A DNA stretch of 64,000 nt. It comes from Selaginella moellendorffii. Taxonomy: Eukaryota; Plantae; Lycopodiophyta. The DNA is taken from contig NW_003314262.1 in NCBI RefSeq assembly GCF_000143415.4, positions 5,287,876-5,351,875 on the forward strand. Direction: 5' to 3'. Made by a program: the position numbers and the translations under genes. Below the pieces are notes generated by a model, which ran no database searches, was not told the DNA's origin, and saw nothing but the letters and a program-made list of their open reading frames with translations. Shown here in pieces: positions 1-11,348 of this stretch. The stretch's first letter is position 1. Each line of letters opens with the position of its first letter.

Positions 1-2741
1 AAAATTATCTACAAAACAACCAAGATATTGCACTTGCTTAGAAAGTGCTACATTTCATTCATACACTTTGGAGTAAGAAACTTTAGAATAGCCACAAGTT
101 TGTCAGAATCAAGTTATAAACCCTCATAAGAAATATGATACCCAAGATAAGATATGTCCTTGGATCCAAACACACACTTCGACCACTTTAGCTTTAAACC
201 AACATCCCGTAGCTAATACAACACTTTATGAATATCACGAATGTGTTCCTCATATGTCCCCTCCGAGTGGATCAAAACATCATCAATGAAGTTAGCAGTC
301 ACTTCTAGCATATTGCAAAGAACCTCGTCCATTATTCACTAGAAAGTTGTTGAAGTACTGTTCAAACTAAATAGCATCACCAAAAACTTGTAAAAACCAA
401 ACAGTGTATAAAAAGAAGTCTTAGAAATATCTTCTTCGGCCATCAGTACTTGCCAACACCCAAAAGCAATATTTAACTTGGTGAACCAACAACTTCTCCC
501 TAAATGATCCAAAAGATCAACAATATGAGGAAAAGGGTACACATCCAGGATCGTCACTTCATTTAATGGACAATAGTCGATGCAAAAACGAATATTCCCA
601 TTAGGCTTCGTCACAATATGAGGTTCACATACCCAAGGACTCCATAACTTTCAAATAACAGCCTTTTCTAACATTTCCTTGATGTTTGCATGTAAAATCA
701 TGATCTCTTTGGGTTACTAATGATGAACAAGAACCTTAATTAGACGAGCATTCCCGGTTGGAATCAGATGATATATGGCAATCTTGACCCCAGACAATAG
801 ATCAAATTCAAAGAGATTAGCATACTCCATGAGCCAGTCAACTATTGCAATACAAAAATTGTTGGAGGGATCGGAAAAGGGAAGAGCAAAACAAGACAGA
901 AACATAAAAGGAAGTAGTGGGGAGACAAAAGTAATTAAAGTAAAAATAGAAACAAAAGAACAAAAAGGTATAGAAATAAGAGGAATAAATGAAATATAAA
1001 GAAGTATGAAATAAGCGGGAGAAGCCTCAAAGTCACATTTGGTATGATTGCACTACAACCAATCCATACCAAGGATGAGGTCAAAAGTTTGACTCAGCAC
1101 CACCCACAATAACTACAACTCAAGCTTGAGATCGCCCACACACACAATTAAGTCCGCCTCATCTCGTGCACATGCATGTGTATAGCCGTTGCCATAAAGA
1201 ATGAAAACTCACTCTACTGCACGACACAAATGTAAACAACAACGTGTGGCAATAGGTTGAGCAATAAAAAATAAACTTGAACTTGTATCAACCAACACGG
1301 AGAGAATAATAGAAGACCTCTTATTATAAAAATGAGCTTGGAAAGTAAACATTAGATGAACTGGTGCCGAGTGAACCCCATGATGATACTCCCAAAAAAA
1401 AGATGGAGGGGTCATTAACTTATTCGCACAAGGTCCCACCATTAATCGTGTGACTCCTCGTTTCCTGGATACATCTCAATGTCCAAACCTTCCATTACAG
1501 TAGCACTAATAGAACGTTGTTGACACCAAGGTCTCCACCCAGAAAATGGAGGTTGCCTATCTGAAAAACATCGATAACACCGATAAGTGTGACAAACTTC
1601 ATCACACACCCAATAGTGAACATCATGGCCACAACCACGTCCTCGCCCTTGTCCTTAAACTCGAGTAACAACAACATCAACCTCCATTGAAACAGGACCA
1701 TCGCCCATAGAAAGTGGAGCTGAAGGATGTGCAGCAAGAAGTGGAAGATGTGACATCTCATAATGTTGTGCCAAGCGAAGAGCATCGTCAAGGGTGGCGG
1801 GCACAAATGCATGCACAAAGCCGACAAAATCTTGACAAAGTGTTAGCCACAACATTCCTAAATTGATCTAATCTAACATATTTGGCTCCGCACAAAGCAA
1901 GAAGCTTTGGAAACGAATATCAAATTGCATTACTAACTCAGATAGCCTTTGATGAAAATGATGCAATTGTTAAAAAGCATCATCACAATCGTTAGCACAT
2001 TTGAAGACATCCAGGAGAATACTCCAATCCCCACAAGTGGCTACACTCAAACCATTATACCACTATAGTGCTGTCCCTTCGAGACATGTGGGAAACTCAC
2101 ACAAACGTTAAGCATCATCCCAAGAATGATATATGGCAATCATCGTAAAGTGATTGAACTAATAATGCATAGGATTCTCACGAAAGAACTCCGGCCAAAC
2201 ACAAAGATTGGCACTAAGAGCAAGAGGAGCTGTACCACGTGCTGTGAATGCTACCATCAATTGAGTTTGGTTGTTCAATTGCAATCGCATAACATCAAGC
2301 AATTGCACCAATTGCTGCTGCAAAATCAAAGGAGGAGGAGATTGTTGTTCTGCCATAAAGATAAATGAAAAAGAAAGAGCAAAATAAAAGAAATGAAAAA
2401 AAACTAGAAGGAAAGGGAAATTTAAATAATGGAAAAGCTAGATCTAAACTAAAATCCTAAAAGAAAAGAACAAAAAAAAGGAAATGGAAAAAGTTAGATA
2501 TAACCCAAAATCTCAAATCCAAGCACTCATTAAGGATAATGAAAAATGCCCCTCAACTCCACTACTGTGAATGTATGAAATATAAAAAGGGAATACAAAA
2601 AGTGTGTATATCAATTAGCCCAAAAACCCTAGTTTATATATAAGAGTGAGTGGTCCAGATTAAAACTAATCCGACAGCTACCAAAATCTCACTACACTAA
2701 TATTAATATATGGCATTATAGCCGTACACTTGGACCTCACA
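1..2741 (-). mobile_element. Degenerate Ty3/gypsy LTR retrotransposon (gag/protease/RT remnants), running off the left edge of the window
   Basis: ORF 339-614(-) reads KPNGNIRFCIDY..LN..YPFPHIVDLLD..FTKLNIAFG.WQV..KTSF.T.FG.Y.F.VM.F.L, the gypsy RT core. A FIDD motif follows near 280-292, and gag-like pieces lie at 1495-2356. There are many stops. Homology to the copy at 59964-62773 ends at a TG terminus (TGTGAGG on the - strand at 2741). Confidence 0.85.
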
Positions 2742-3268
2742 TAATAATAAATTATCCCATTATCTTTAATATATTTCAATATTATTACCTTATATATAAA
2801 TATTTTATAAATTATTATTACTGCTATTAAGAATTTTACTATAAATGAATAAATATTTAAAATTGAAAACTTTAAGATCTAATAAAATTCAATTATATTA
2901 TGTTATTAATCTTAATTTTAACTTTATAATTCTGGATAATAAGTTAGTTAAAAGTTATTACTTTCTTTTCCATTCTTAACATATATTACATCTGAATAAT
3001 TTGTGAATGGGTGTAATAGCCAGTGGAGAAGCATCTAAGTGAGTCATTAATAGGTTAAAGGAGGATCAAAAAATCAAGTTTTGGAGGAGAATATGGTGCA
3101 ATATATCACATAAAATTTAAAATTTTACAACTACATTTGTAAAATAATATATTTTATCTTTACATAGGAAGTCCCTTCAAAATCTAGAGCTCTTTATGAC
3201 AAAATATATGCCACTACATAACGAATTAAGAAATGCTAGCATTTGCAAAGTGTCAATAGGTATAACTA

Positions 3269-3585
3269 TGAGGAATTTGAAACCAAGTAGTGTAACCTTC
3301 CTCCACACTCTTGGGGTGTGCTGCCATCCTGGCGTTATGGAGGAGGCAAGGGAAGATTTTCCAAAACATGAGTAGTAACTATAAAATAAACACAGATGAT
3401 CTTTATAGTGGATTGCTGGGGAGAGGCAACATTTGCCATGGTGGCAAGCATGCCTTTCCTGCTTGACTCAAAAAGTGTGGATGACTCTCTTGGGGAATTG
3501 TCAAGAGTGGAACAATAAAGTTGTGTTTGATTCTCTGAAGGACATTGAAGACGTTTCCTATTATTTTTTAACTAAGTATTAAAGT
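3269..3585 (+). pseudogene. Decayed inverted copy of the 3' end of the adjacent PPR gene
   Basis: Translates (with frameshifts) to PSSVTFLHTLGVCCHPGVMEEAR..LLGRGN..VWMTLLGNCQEW..VFDSLKDIED, matching the C-terminus of the 3913-7830(-) PPR. Confidence 0.8.
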
Positions 3586-3912
3586 AGACAAAATTAGTTA
3601 AAGACTGAAGTCCTATTATAAAAAGAAGGCATTAAATTTGATTGATAAAAATTTCAAAAGAAAACAATATAATTCATGCTATTGATACTAATTAACAGTT
3701 AGAAATTTGGCCATCTTCAATAACACTACCTCTGGCAACATATTTTGATTTTGTAAGGATTAATATTACTTCTACAAAGTCATTATTAAATCAAAGGTGG
3801 TGTCATGACTATCTAATTACAAGATTTTAACAATAACAATCCGTCCGCTCTTTGCAAAATGAAAGATGCAATAATTATTAACAGTATATTGATAAATAAA
3901 TCCTCTCTTTTT

Positions 3913-6900
3913 TTAAGTCTCAAAATTCAATGCACTCGAAGTATAAAGATTGGTCATCAAAATGTAGGCAGCACAGTCCTCATCCTCCATCTCCTTGAGA
4001 GAATCAAAAGCAACCTTGGCAAACTCCACATTGCCCCACTTGTGACAATTCCCCAAGAACGTCATCCACACCTTTGCGTCGGGCTGGAAAGGCATGCCCG
4101 CCACCATCGCAAACGCCTCCTCGAGATGGTTGCCTCTCCCCAGCAAATCCACCATGCAAGTGTAATGCTCCATCCGCGCCTCCATTCCATAGTCACAGCT
4201 CATGCTCTGGAAGATCTCCCTCGCCTCCTCCACAAGCCCGGCATGGCAGCACACCCCAAGAGCGTGGAGGAAAGTTACACCGCTCGGTTGGATTCGCTCC
4301 CTTTTCATGGATTCCAAGAGCCCAAGAACGCTTGGAGCGTCACCCTGACGAGCAAATCCAGCGATCAAAGCGTTCCAAGCCACCACCTCCTTGGTTTTCA
4401 TGGAGTCGAAAACTTGCTTGGCTTCGTGCATGGCTCCACACTTTCCATAGAGATCGATGAGCGAGTTTGCCACCTGGTGTTCTAGCGATGATCCGGAGGA
4501 ATCGAGAACTTGGCAGTGGATCTCTCGTCCTATTTCCAAGTTGGACGAGGAGACGCAAGCCTTGAGCGCTGCTACGAAAGTGGCCGAGTTTGGACGACAC
4601 TGATCGACGTGGTGTTCTTGTTGCATCAACGCGAAGAGTCCGAGCGCTCGCGAGGATTGATCGGTTAGTGCGTAGCCGAGTATGAGAGCGCTCCATGAAA
4701 CTACGTCCCGATGGAGCATTCGATCAAAGGCTCGCTGGGATCCAGGCATGAATCCACACTTTGCGTACATGTCCACCAGCGTGTTCCCGAGATAAGTATC
4801 CAAGCTCTTGTGATCTTCCTCGAGCTGCGAGTGGATTTCCAGGCCTCTTCTCAGCGAATTCTTCTTGACGAGCAGAGCTGGACGATCTGAAAGAGATACT
4901 CTCGTCCCGGTCTCCATAGATGCGAGGATCGAGCAAGCGTTTAGAGCAGCGATGTATGTCCTAGAGTCGGGAGTGAATCCTTCCTGCCGCATTGCCGCGA
5001 AGAGCTTGAGCGCTTGCTCGCCATCCTGTGCTTGCGAGTATCCCATTATCAGCGTCGTCCAAGAAACCACGTCCTTGATCGCCATTCTCTCGAAAGCTTG
5101 CCTCGCGAGAGCCATGCTACCACACTTAGCATACATGTCCACGAGAGCGCTTCCCACGAAAACATCCTTCTCGACTTCGCGGCCGAGGGTTTCCTCGAGT
5201 TCGCTGTGAAGAGAAACTCCTGTCGAGAGAAAAGCTCTCCCCGAGAAGTTGGAGAACTCTTCTTCACTTGAGAGAGTTTTAGTTCGCTCGCCTGGATCAT
5301 CGTCGATCTTGTTTCTTTCCTGCTCTCCAAGGACGCCGCAAGCGGTGAAAGCCGCGATGAACGTTCTCGAGTCCGGAACGAACCCCTCGAGCTTCATCTG
5401 CTGGAAGAGGCCGAGAGCTCGCTCCGGCTGGCCGCACTGCGAGCTTCCCATGATGATCGAGTTCCAGGAGACGATGGTTTGCTGCGGGATGCTGTCGAAG
5501 AGCTGCCACGCCGAAAGGATCCTCGCGAACTTCGCGTACATGTCAAGCAGCGTATTTGTAACCGACGCTTTCAGCTGAAAACCATCACTCCTCAAGACTT
5601 TCCCGTGAAATATCCTTCCCTGTTCAAGCCAACGAGCCTCTCTCGACGACGATCCCAGGGACACGCAAGCTTTGATCGCAGCGATCAAAGTCACGGCATC
5701 CGGCTCCAGCTTTTCTCTCAGCATTCCAGCGTAAAGATCCAGAGCTTCTTCGCCATGGCCGTTTAGAGCGTATCCCATGATGAGAGCGTTCCAGGAGACG
5801 ACGTTGCGGGCTCTAATCTCCTCGAAAACTCCCCGAGCAGCAGCCATGGTTCCACACTTTGCGTAGAAATCCACCAGAGTGTTCTCCAAGAACACGTCCG
5901 AGTCGACGCCTCGCTGCCTGGCTCGCGAGTGAATCCGCGAGCCTCGCTCCAAAGCAAGTTTTCTTCGATCGACCTCTCTTGCGAGGCTTGAGCAAGCAGT
6001 GACAGCGGCGGCGTAAGCTCGAGCGTCGAGAAGAAGGCCACCATCGTTTTCCATCTCTTGGAAAAGTTCCAGAGCTTTCTCCGCGTCTTTCCTGTGGATG
6101 TGTCCCAAGATCATGGAAGTCCACGAGACGACGTCGCGACGGATCATCCCGTGGAAAACCACGCTCGCTTCTTCCATGCTTCCACACTTGGCGTAAAAGT
6201 TGACGAGGCTGTTCTCCAAGTTCATATCCATCGCCGTTGCTCGAGCAAAGCTGTGAAGAACTCTCCCTCGCTCCAGCCATGGTATTTTCTTGCCGCCACC
6301 TGCCTCTCTTTCTTTCCCAGCGACGTTGGCGAAGCAATTCAAAGCAGCGATCAGAGCTGGAGGCTGTGGATCGATGCCTTCGTCGATCATGCGAAGGAGG
6401 AGCTGGAACGCGAGCTCTCCCTCGCAGCACTGCGAGTATCCGGTGATCATGGAGCTCCAAATCGCTGCGTCGCGGCAGGACCCGATCGCGGACTCAAAGA
6501 TCCTGCGAGCTTCCACTGTTCTTCCAAACTTGGCCAGCATCTCTATCAGAGCTCTCGCGACGCAAGCGTCCAGATCGATCGCAGCTCTCTGGAACTGCGA
6601 GTAAACCTCCAGTCCTCGTTGATCGTCCTCCAAACTCGAGCAAGCTGTGAAGGCCCCGGCATAAGTTCGCGAAGTTGGCTTGATAGATCCTTCTTTTTCC
6701 ATCCGAGAGAAGATCTCGAGGGCCAGCGCTGCTTGTCCGCTCGATGCAAACCCCTGGATGATCGAGTTCCAAGTCACCTCGTCCTTCACTTCCATCCTCT
6801 TGAAGATCTCGCGAGCTTCTTGGACCGATCCACACTTCGCGTACGCGTCAAGCAACGAGTTTCCGACGAACAAGTCGAGCTCGCAGCCACTTCTTCGCGC

Positions 6901-7830
6901 TTGAGCCTGGATTTTCTTCACAGAATCCATACGAAGACCACTCAAGCTGGAGCAAGCCTTGATAGCAGCGACGAAAGTCCGTGAGCTCGGCGTGAATCCC
7001 TCCTCTTGCATGCGATCAAACAGCTCCAACCCACTTCCACCCTGCCCGCTCTGCGCCAGTCCCAGGATCATCGAGTTCCACACCACCTCGTCTCGAGAGC
7101 TATCCATCTTCTCGAAAACTTTCCTGGCCTCGCCGATGCTTCCGCACTTGATGTACATATCCACGAGCGAGCTGGCGACGAAAGTGTGGCTCTCGAGCCC
7201 GGCCTTGGTGATCTCTTCATGCAAAACTCTTCCTCGATCCAAGCTCGAAACCTTGACGAGAACTCCAAGTCCATCGATCTTTAATCCCTGTTCTTGAGCT
7301 GCCAAGCTCGAGCAGGCCTTGACAGCCGCCACGAAAGTCCGAGAGTCCGCCGACAAGATCTTCTCCTCTCGCAAGCGAGCGAAGAGATCCAAAGCTTGCG
7401 AGCTTTCCCCGTTAACAACACACCCCATGATGATCGAGTTCCAAGAGACCAAGCTGCGATGGACCATGCTCTCGAAGATCTTCCTGGCCTCCGCCAAGCT
7501 TCCACACTTGGAGTACATATCCACCAGGCTGTTTGACACGCAAATGCTGGCTGCGGCATCGCGGTTCTTGCAGCTCCAAAAGGAAGAGATATTTTTCTCC
7601 GCTGGTAAATCTCTAGAACTCTGAGAACTTTCTTCTCCGGCGTTTTGATCGCCTTGAAGCTCGGCATGGATCTTCTTTCCGGCTTGTAAATCCCTCGATA
7701 CGCCGCAGGCCTTGAGAGCAGCGACGAGGATGGACACGCTTGGCCTTAGCTTACCTTGTCGTGCTTTCTCATAGTTTCTGAGAGCTTCCTTGGCATCGAA
7801 TACCGGCCGCTTACCTCTTGGCTGTGCCAC
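3913..7830 (-). CDS. PLS-class pentatricopeptide repeat protein, E subclass, no DYW (organellar RNA-editing factor type); start uncertain
   Basis: Intronless 1305-codon ORF with repeated P-L-S triplets (NSLVDMYxKCGS, DVVSWNxxIxG, TFVAAxKACS) and an E-domain start (MPFQPDAKVWMTFLGNC..AAYILMTNLY). It begins at GTG; the first ATG is codon 105 (7518). Confidence 0.9.
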   Translation of the reverse strand: MAQPRGKRPVFDAKEALRNYEKARQGKLRPSVSILVAALKACGVSRDLQAGKKIHAELQGDQNAGEESSQSSRDLPAEKNISSFWSCKNRDAAASICVSNSLVDMYSKCGSLAEARKIFESMVHRSLVSWNSIIMGCVVNGESSQALDLFARLREEKILSADSRTFVAAVKACSSLAAQEQGLKIDGLGVLVKVSSLDRGRVLHEEITKAGLESHTFVASSLVDMYIKCGSIGEARKVFEKMDSSRDEVVWNSMILGLAQSGQGGSGLELFDRMQEEGFTPSSRTFVAAIKACSSLSGLRMDSVKKIQAQARRSGCELDLFVGNSLLDAYAKCGSVQEAREIFKRMEVKDEVTWNSIIQGFASSGQAALALEIFSRMEKEGSIKPTSRTYAGAFTACSSLEDDQRGLEVYSQFQRAAIDLDACVARALIEMLAKFGRTVEARRIFESAIGSCRDAAIWSSMITGYSQCCEGELAFQLLLRMIDEGIDPQPPALIAALNCFANVAGKEREAGGGKKIPWLERGRVLHSFARATAMDMNLENSLVNFYAKCGSMEEASVVFHGMIRRDVVSWTSMILGHIHRKDAEKALELFQEMENDGGLLLDARAYAAAVTACSSLAREVDRRKLALERGSRIHSRARQRGVDSDVFLENTLVDFYAKCGTMAAARGVFEEIRARNVVSWNALIMGYALNGHGEEALDLYAGMLREKLEPDAVTLIAAIKACVSLGSSSREARWLEQGRIFHGKVLRSDGFQLKASVTNTLLDMYAKFARILSAWQLFDSIPQQTIVSWNSIIMGSSQCGQPERALGLFQQMKLEGFVPDSRTFIAAFTACGVLGEQERNKIDDDPGERTKTLSSEEEFSNFSGRAFLSTGVSLHSELEETLGREVEKDVFVGSALVDMYAKCGSMALARQAFERMAIKDVVSWTTLIMGYSQAQDGEQALKLFAAMRQEGFTPDSRTYIAALNACSILASMETGTRVSLSDRPALLVKKNSLRRGLEIHSQLEEDHKSLDTYLGNTLVDMYAKCGFMPGSQRAFDRMLHRDVVSWSALILGYALTDQSSRALGLFALMQQEHHVDQCRPNSATFVAALKACVSSSNLEIGREIHCQVLDSSGSSLEHQVANSLIDLYGKCGAMHEAKQVFDSMKTKEVVAWNALIAGFARQGDAPSVLGLLESMKRERIQPSGVTFLHALGVCCHAGLVEEAREIFQSMSCDYGMEARMEHYTCMVDLLGRGNHLEEAFAMVAGMPFQPDAKVWMTFLGNCHKWGNVEFAKVAFDSLKEMEDEDCAAYILMTNLYTSSALNFET

Positions 7831-9199
7831 ATTCCTGTTTCTATCGCTTTCGATCGCGCTACCCTAAGCGACCTGTTTTAGGGCTCTTCCGCAATTTAGG
7901 GAGTTATTCGTGTTTCTGCGTTTATAGCACAGAATAAGCGTTGTGAAAGAAGAATTGTTCTTTGTGCGCTTGCCCCTGGAAAGATTTGCAAATCCTTCTC
8001 GTGTTCCTGGAGTAGCTTTAGTGCTCATCATCGGTCGGTCTCCAGCGTTCGATTTATGCTAAGAGTTGTGAGTGCTCTTTTGATTTCAACGCATACTAAC
8101 ACCGATCGCTGCTTCAGTTGCTGCAGATTGGATTGGACAGCAGGCAATAGATTCCTTCCTCGGAAAGGATTTGCATCCACTGTGCGAGAGGAACAAAAAC
8201 TTTGGAAGTTCAAGCGTAGAGGACGACGGCCTGTAGCAGTGTTGGCGTTGTTGGTAGCGTTCTGTGGTGGCGGTGGGGCTGTCAAGGTACATCGAAAATG
8301 AAACCCCTCACAGGCTTTAGCGTTAAGGTGACACAGGCTGAAAAAGCAATTGGATCACTCTCAGAGATTGAGAATGCGACACACAAATCTTGGCAGTGAG
8401 CGTGCTTCAAATGCTTTGCGCCACCATTACGTGGATCGCTTCCGCTGGATCTCCTCGGATCTCCAACAAACTCTAGAACTTGTCGCTTACCACTTCATCA
8501 ATTATTGCTTGCATCAAATAAAAGAGTAGAACTATTTCTTCAAGCTATCGGCGCTGGCGCTGGGCTCCTAGACGATGTGGTGTGGTGAGGAGCGAAGTGG
8601 GGCTATGGCGGCGAAGCGCTTTCCTCTCAGCGAAGATTTGGATGTCTTGTGTTGATGGATATGGCGTCATTGTGCTCCTATGGGTACCAGCTGGAAAGCG
8701 CATCTCTTGAAGGATGGGTGTGGCGAAGAATTGTGGACTCCTCTTGGTGAGTCCGCATAAGGAAAATTTCAACTCACAAGTGAACTGCCGTTGATTACCG
8801 GCAACGAGTGCAGCCCTATCAACCCTACCATGGCCAACCCTGTGACTAGCGTTTACAAACACAATTGCAAGAGTGTCACCTCAGGGGCACCCTCATCCTG
8901 CCACCCCAGGCATGCCACTACAGACCATGACTACCCAAACTCCATTGAACATTCCACGACCAGCGCCACTCCACCACCGCTACAAGAACATTGCACAACT
9001 TTCATCATCACCACGCCACCAACCCTCAGCCCATGCAAGCTACACCATTGAGCATTTTGTGACCATAAGGACAGAACTTTTGCAGAACTTTTAACATCTG
9101 CTAAAAAAACGATTGCTCCATCCACAATTACTACATCTGGTATGTGAAGCCTTACCTAGGGAACAACGGTTTCACTCACTTTGGACGAGCGGATTCGTG

Positions 9200-10330
9200 A
9201 GACATCACCCTCTGGAGCAGCAGATTGTGGAGCTCAAGAAGAAATTCCCAAACCTGTAACATGTACTAATAGTTCTTGAATTGCTCCAAGGATACCGGAC
9301 CATACATGTCTTGGTCTTTCAAGTGTTGCAAACTCTGTTTTGGACTCTTCTCTTTGCTGCATCCACCAGTAAAGCCCAACCTTCGCAACAGTGTAAACCT
9401 CTTGGAGATTGTTGTAAGTCTCGATACTGAAGAGTGGCTTGAATGGAGTGGTCGAGGAGGATCCCCACACCACAACCACTCCAGTGTCATACTGGGAAGA
9501 GCTGAACTAGGACAACAAAGCTAGTGAGGCTTCACTAGCTCTCCATTGGGTCTATGTGGTCTCAGGAACTATATGCGAGTGGTTAAAAGCCCTCCATGAC
9601 AATCAATCTTTACATAATGGGATTCACATGCCAAACATGTGAATGGTCGAAGCACGAATATCATCTCATCTGCTGGTCGGATGGGAATATATAGTGCAGA
9701 TCACAGAGGTCGACCCTTGAACCGCCCCAATCGTTGCACAATTGCAGCCATAGGGAGATGATAATGAAGACGCAACCTGGGCAGCAGCCAAGCTCCTGAA
9801 CCCAAGAGAATGAATCAGCTGAAATAACCTCATGGATGCTCTCCATGGTGGGAAGCCCCATCTGGAAGGTCAACTCGCCAAACCACCCTAACCACCACCT
9901 GGATCATGGGATCACCCCGACAAGGACTAGGCCATAGTGAGGCACAGGATCTTTCAAAACATCAACTGTATGTCAAAATTGTTGTGCTGCCACTCGAGAC
10001 TGGATACCTGGCTTCCAGCCTTGCTGATTTCTTTCAAAACATCAACTGTATGTCAAAATTGTTGTGCTGCCACTCGAGACTGGATACCTGGCTTCCAGCC
10101 TTGCTGATTTCTTGTCCAGCATAGTAGAGAGGCTGCAGCATCTTTTTCCCACGTCCATATGCTAAGAGCAGAGTCTTCTCAGGGTTTACTGTCCAGTGCG
10201 TTCAGTTGACATCTGAACCAACCGTGACTTTCTCCAACTCTGCAACCATATCCAAGTGTTCTAAATTCTTGACAATTCCACCCCTTGATATGCTTTTTTT
10301 CCAGATGCCTGGATTGGTTGCTTTGAAAGG
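9200..10330 (-). mobile_element. Possible highly decayed non-LTR (LINE-like) retroelement fragment
   Basis: The minus strand reads TVNPEKTLLLAYG..PLYYAGQEI near 10110-10195, reminiscent of the LINE RT C-terminal motif. It is broken by stops and an 80 bp duplication, and the limits are approximate. Confidence 0.25.
9950..10113. repeat. Perfect 80 bp tandem duplication
   Basis: The unit tctttcaaaacatcaactgtatg...ccagccttgctgatt occurs at 9950 and again at 10030. Confidence 0.95.
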
Positions 10331-11108
10331 AGGTGTAGACTCTGCCCGCTTATATACTGGGGCTCCAGGCAATGCACCTACTAGCCCACACCAATATGAA
10401 TCTATACAGCATAATCGGCACATGACTGGAGCGTCAATTCCCCCCCCCCCCCCTCCCCTCCCCTCCCCTCTCCATGGATTTCTATCCAATGCCACGCATG
10501 CAGCGCTCACGGCATATCTATCTCATGCCAACTGCCAGAGTTCCCATTTCAGTAAGCAGAGGGCACAAGATGTCCAATCTGGCACTCCTATGCCCCACTA
10601 GCGCATCTTTCTTCTTCTTCAGCTTCTTACTTTCACAAATGCTATTTCTACAATGACACGTAAAGCGTGAGTAAGAAGTTCTAGACCGCACGGCTCATCT
10701 CACGTTTGCCATTATATAATGCCCGTGCTTAAGGGGTCTTACAATTGACAGGGATTGACAGCGTAGTGTGCTTCAATTGGCATAAGCTGGCACGGTAGTC
10801 AAAATAATTATAAGATTAATTATAAGATTAATCATATTATATTACAATATATTATTATGATTATATGCCAAAAGATTTAAAAAATGTAATTATTATAAGA
10901 AAATAATAAATTATGTGAAGTCCCACCATGGATTTAGATCCTCGGGATTGTCAACTTGATCACCGTCGCTGAGAGCATGCTTTACTCAGCGGCCTTCGTT
11001 ACTGCTGGCCCGCGAAATTTTGGTGGAGTCCCAGTTTTCCGTGTATATAAGCAGCAAATCCAAAACACCAAGCCATCATCTTCTCTTATCCTCTCTCGAT
11101 TCCCATCC

Positions 11109-11348
11109 ATGGCTTTTGCAAGGTCCGTTCTGCTCATGCTCCTGGTGCTCGCCATGGTTGCGACACTTGCTCCCGCGCAGCTTGCTCCCCCGCCGTGCTC
11201 CCTACCCAATCTCCAGGGCATTGTGAGGTGCATCATAAGAGCTATGGGCGATCCAACCAAAATCGCAGAGTGTTGCAGTCGCTTGCCGCCCACTTGCTCT
11301 TGCAGCATCCCCTTGGTGAAACAACTCCTCCCTCAGTGCTGCCCTTGA
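11109..11348 (+). CDS. Small secreted cysteine-rich protein (79 aa), prolamin/nsLTP-like 8-Cys motif
   Basis: TATATAA at about 11044. Hydrophobic signal peptide MAFARSVLLMLLVLAMVATLAPA. Cys pattern C-X10-C-X13-CC-X6-CXC-X11-CC. GT-AG intron 11365-11420 in the 3' UTR. Confidence 0.8.
   Translation: MAFARSVLLMLLVLAMVATLAPAQLAPPPCSLPNLQGIVRCIIRAMGDPTKIAECCSRLPPTCSCSIPLVKQLLPQCCP

Noticed and set aside
3859-7667. Many long ORFs antisense or alternative-frame to the PPR (also within the RLK, SDR, VCCN and DA2 genes)
   Set aside because: These are shadow ORFs expected in GC-rich coding DNA, with no recognisable motifs.
10956-11108. N-terminal extension of the 8-Cys protein in the ORF track
   Set aside because: It starts at TTG and spans the TATA box; the signal peptide begins at ATG 11109.
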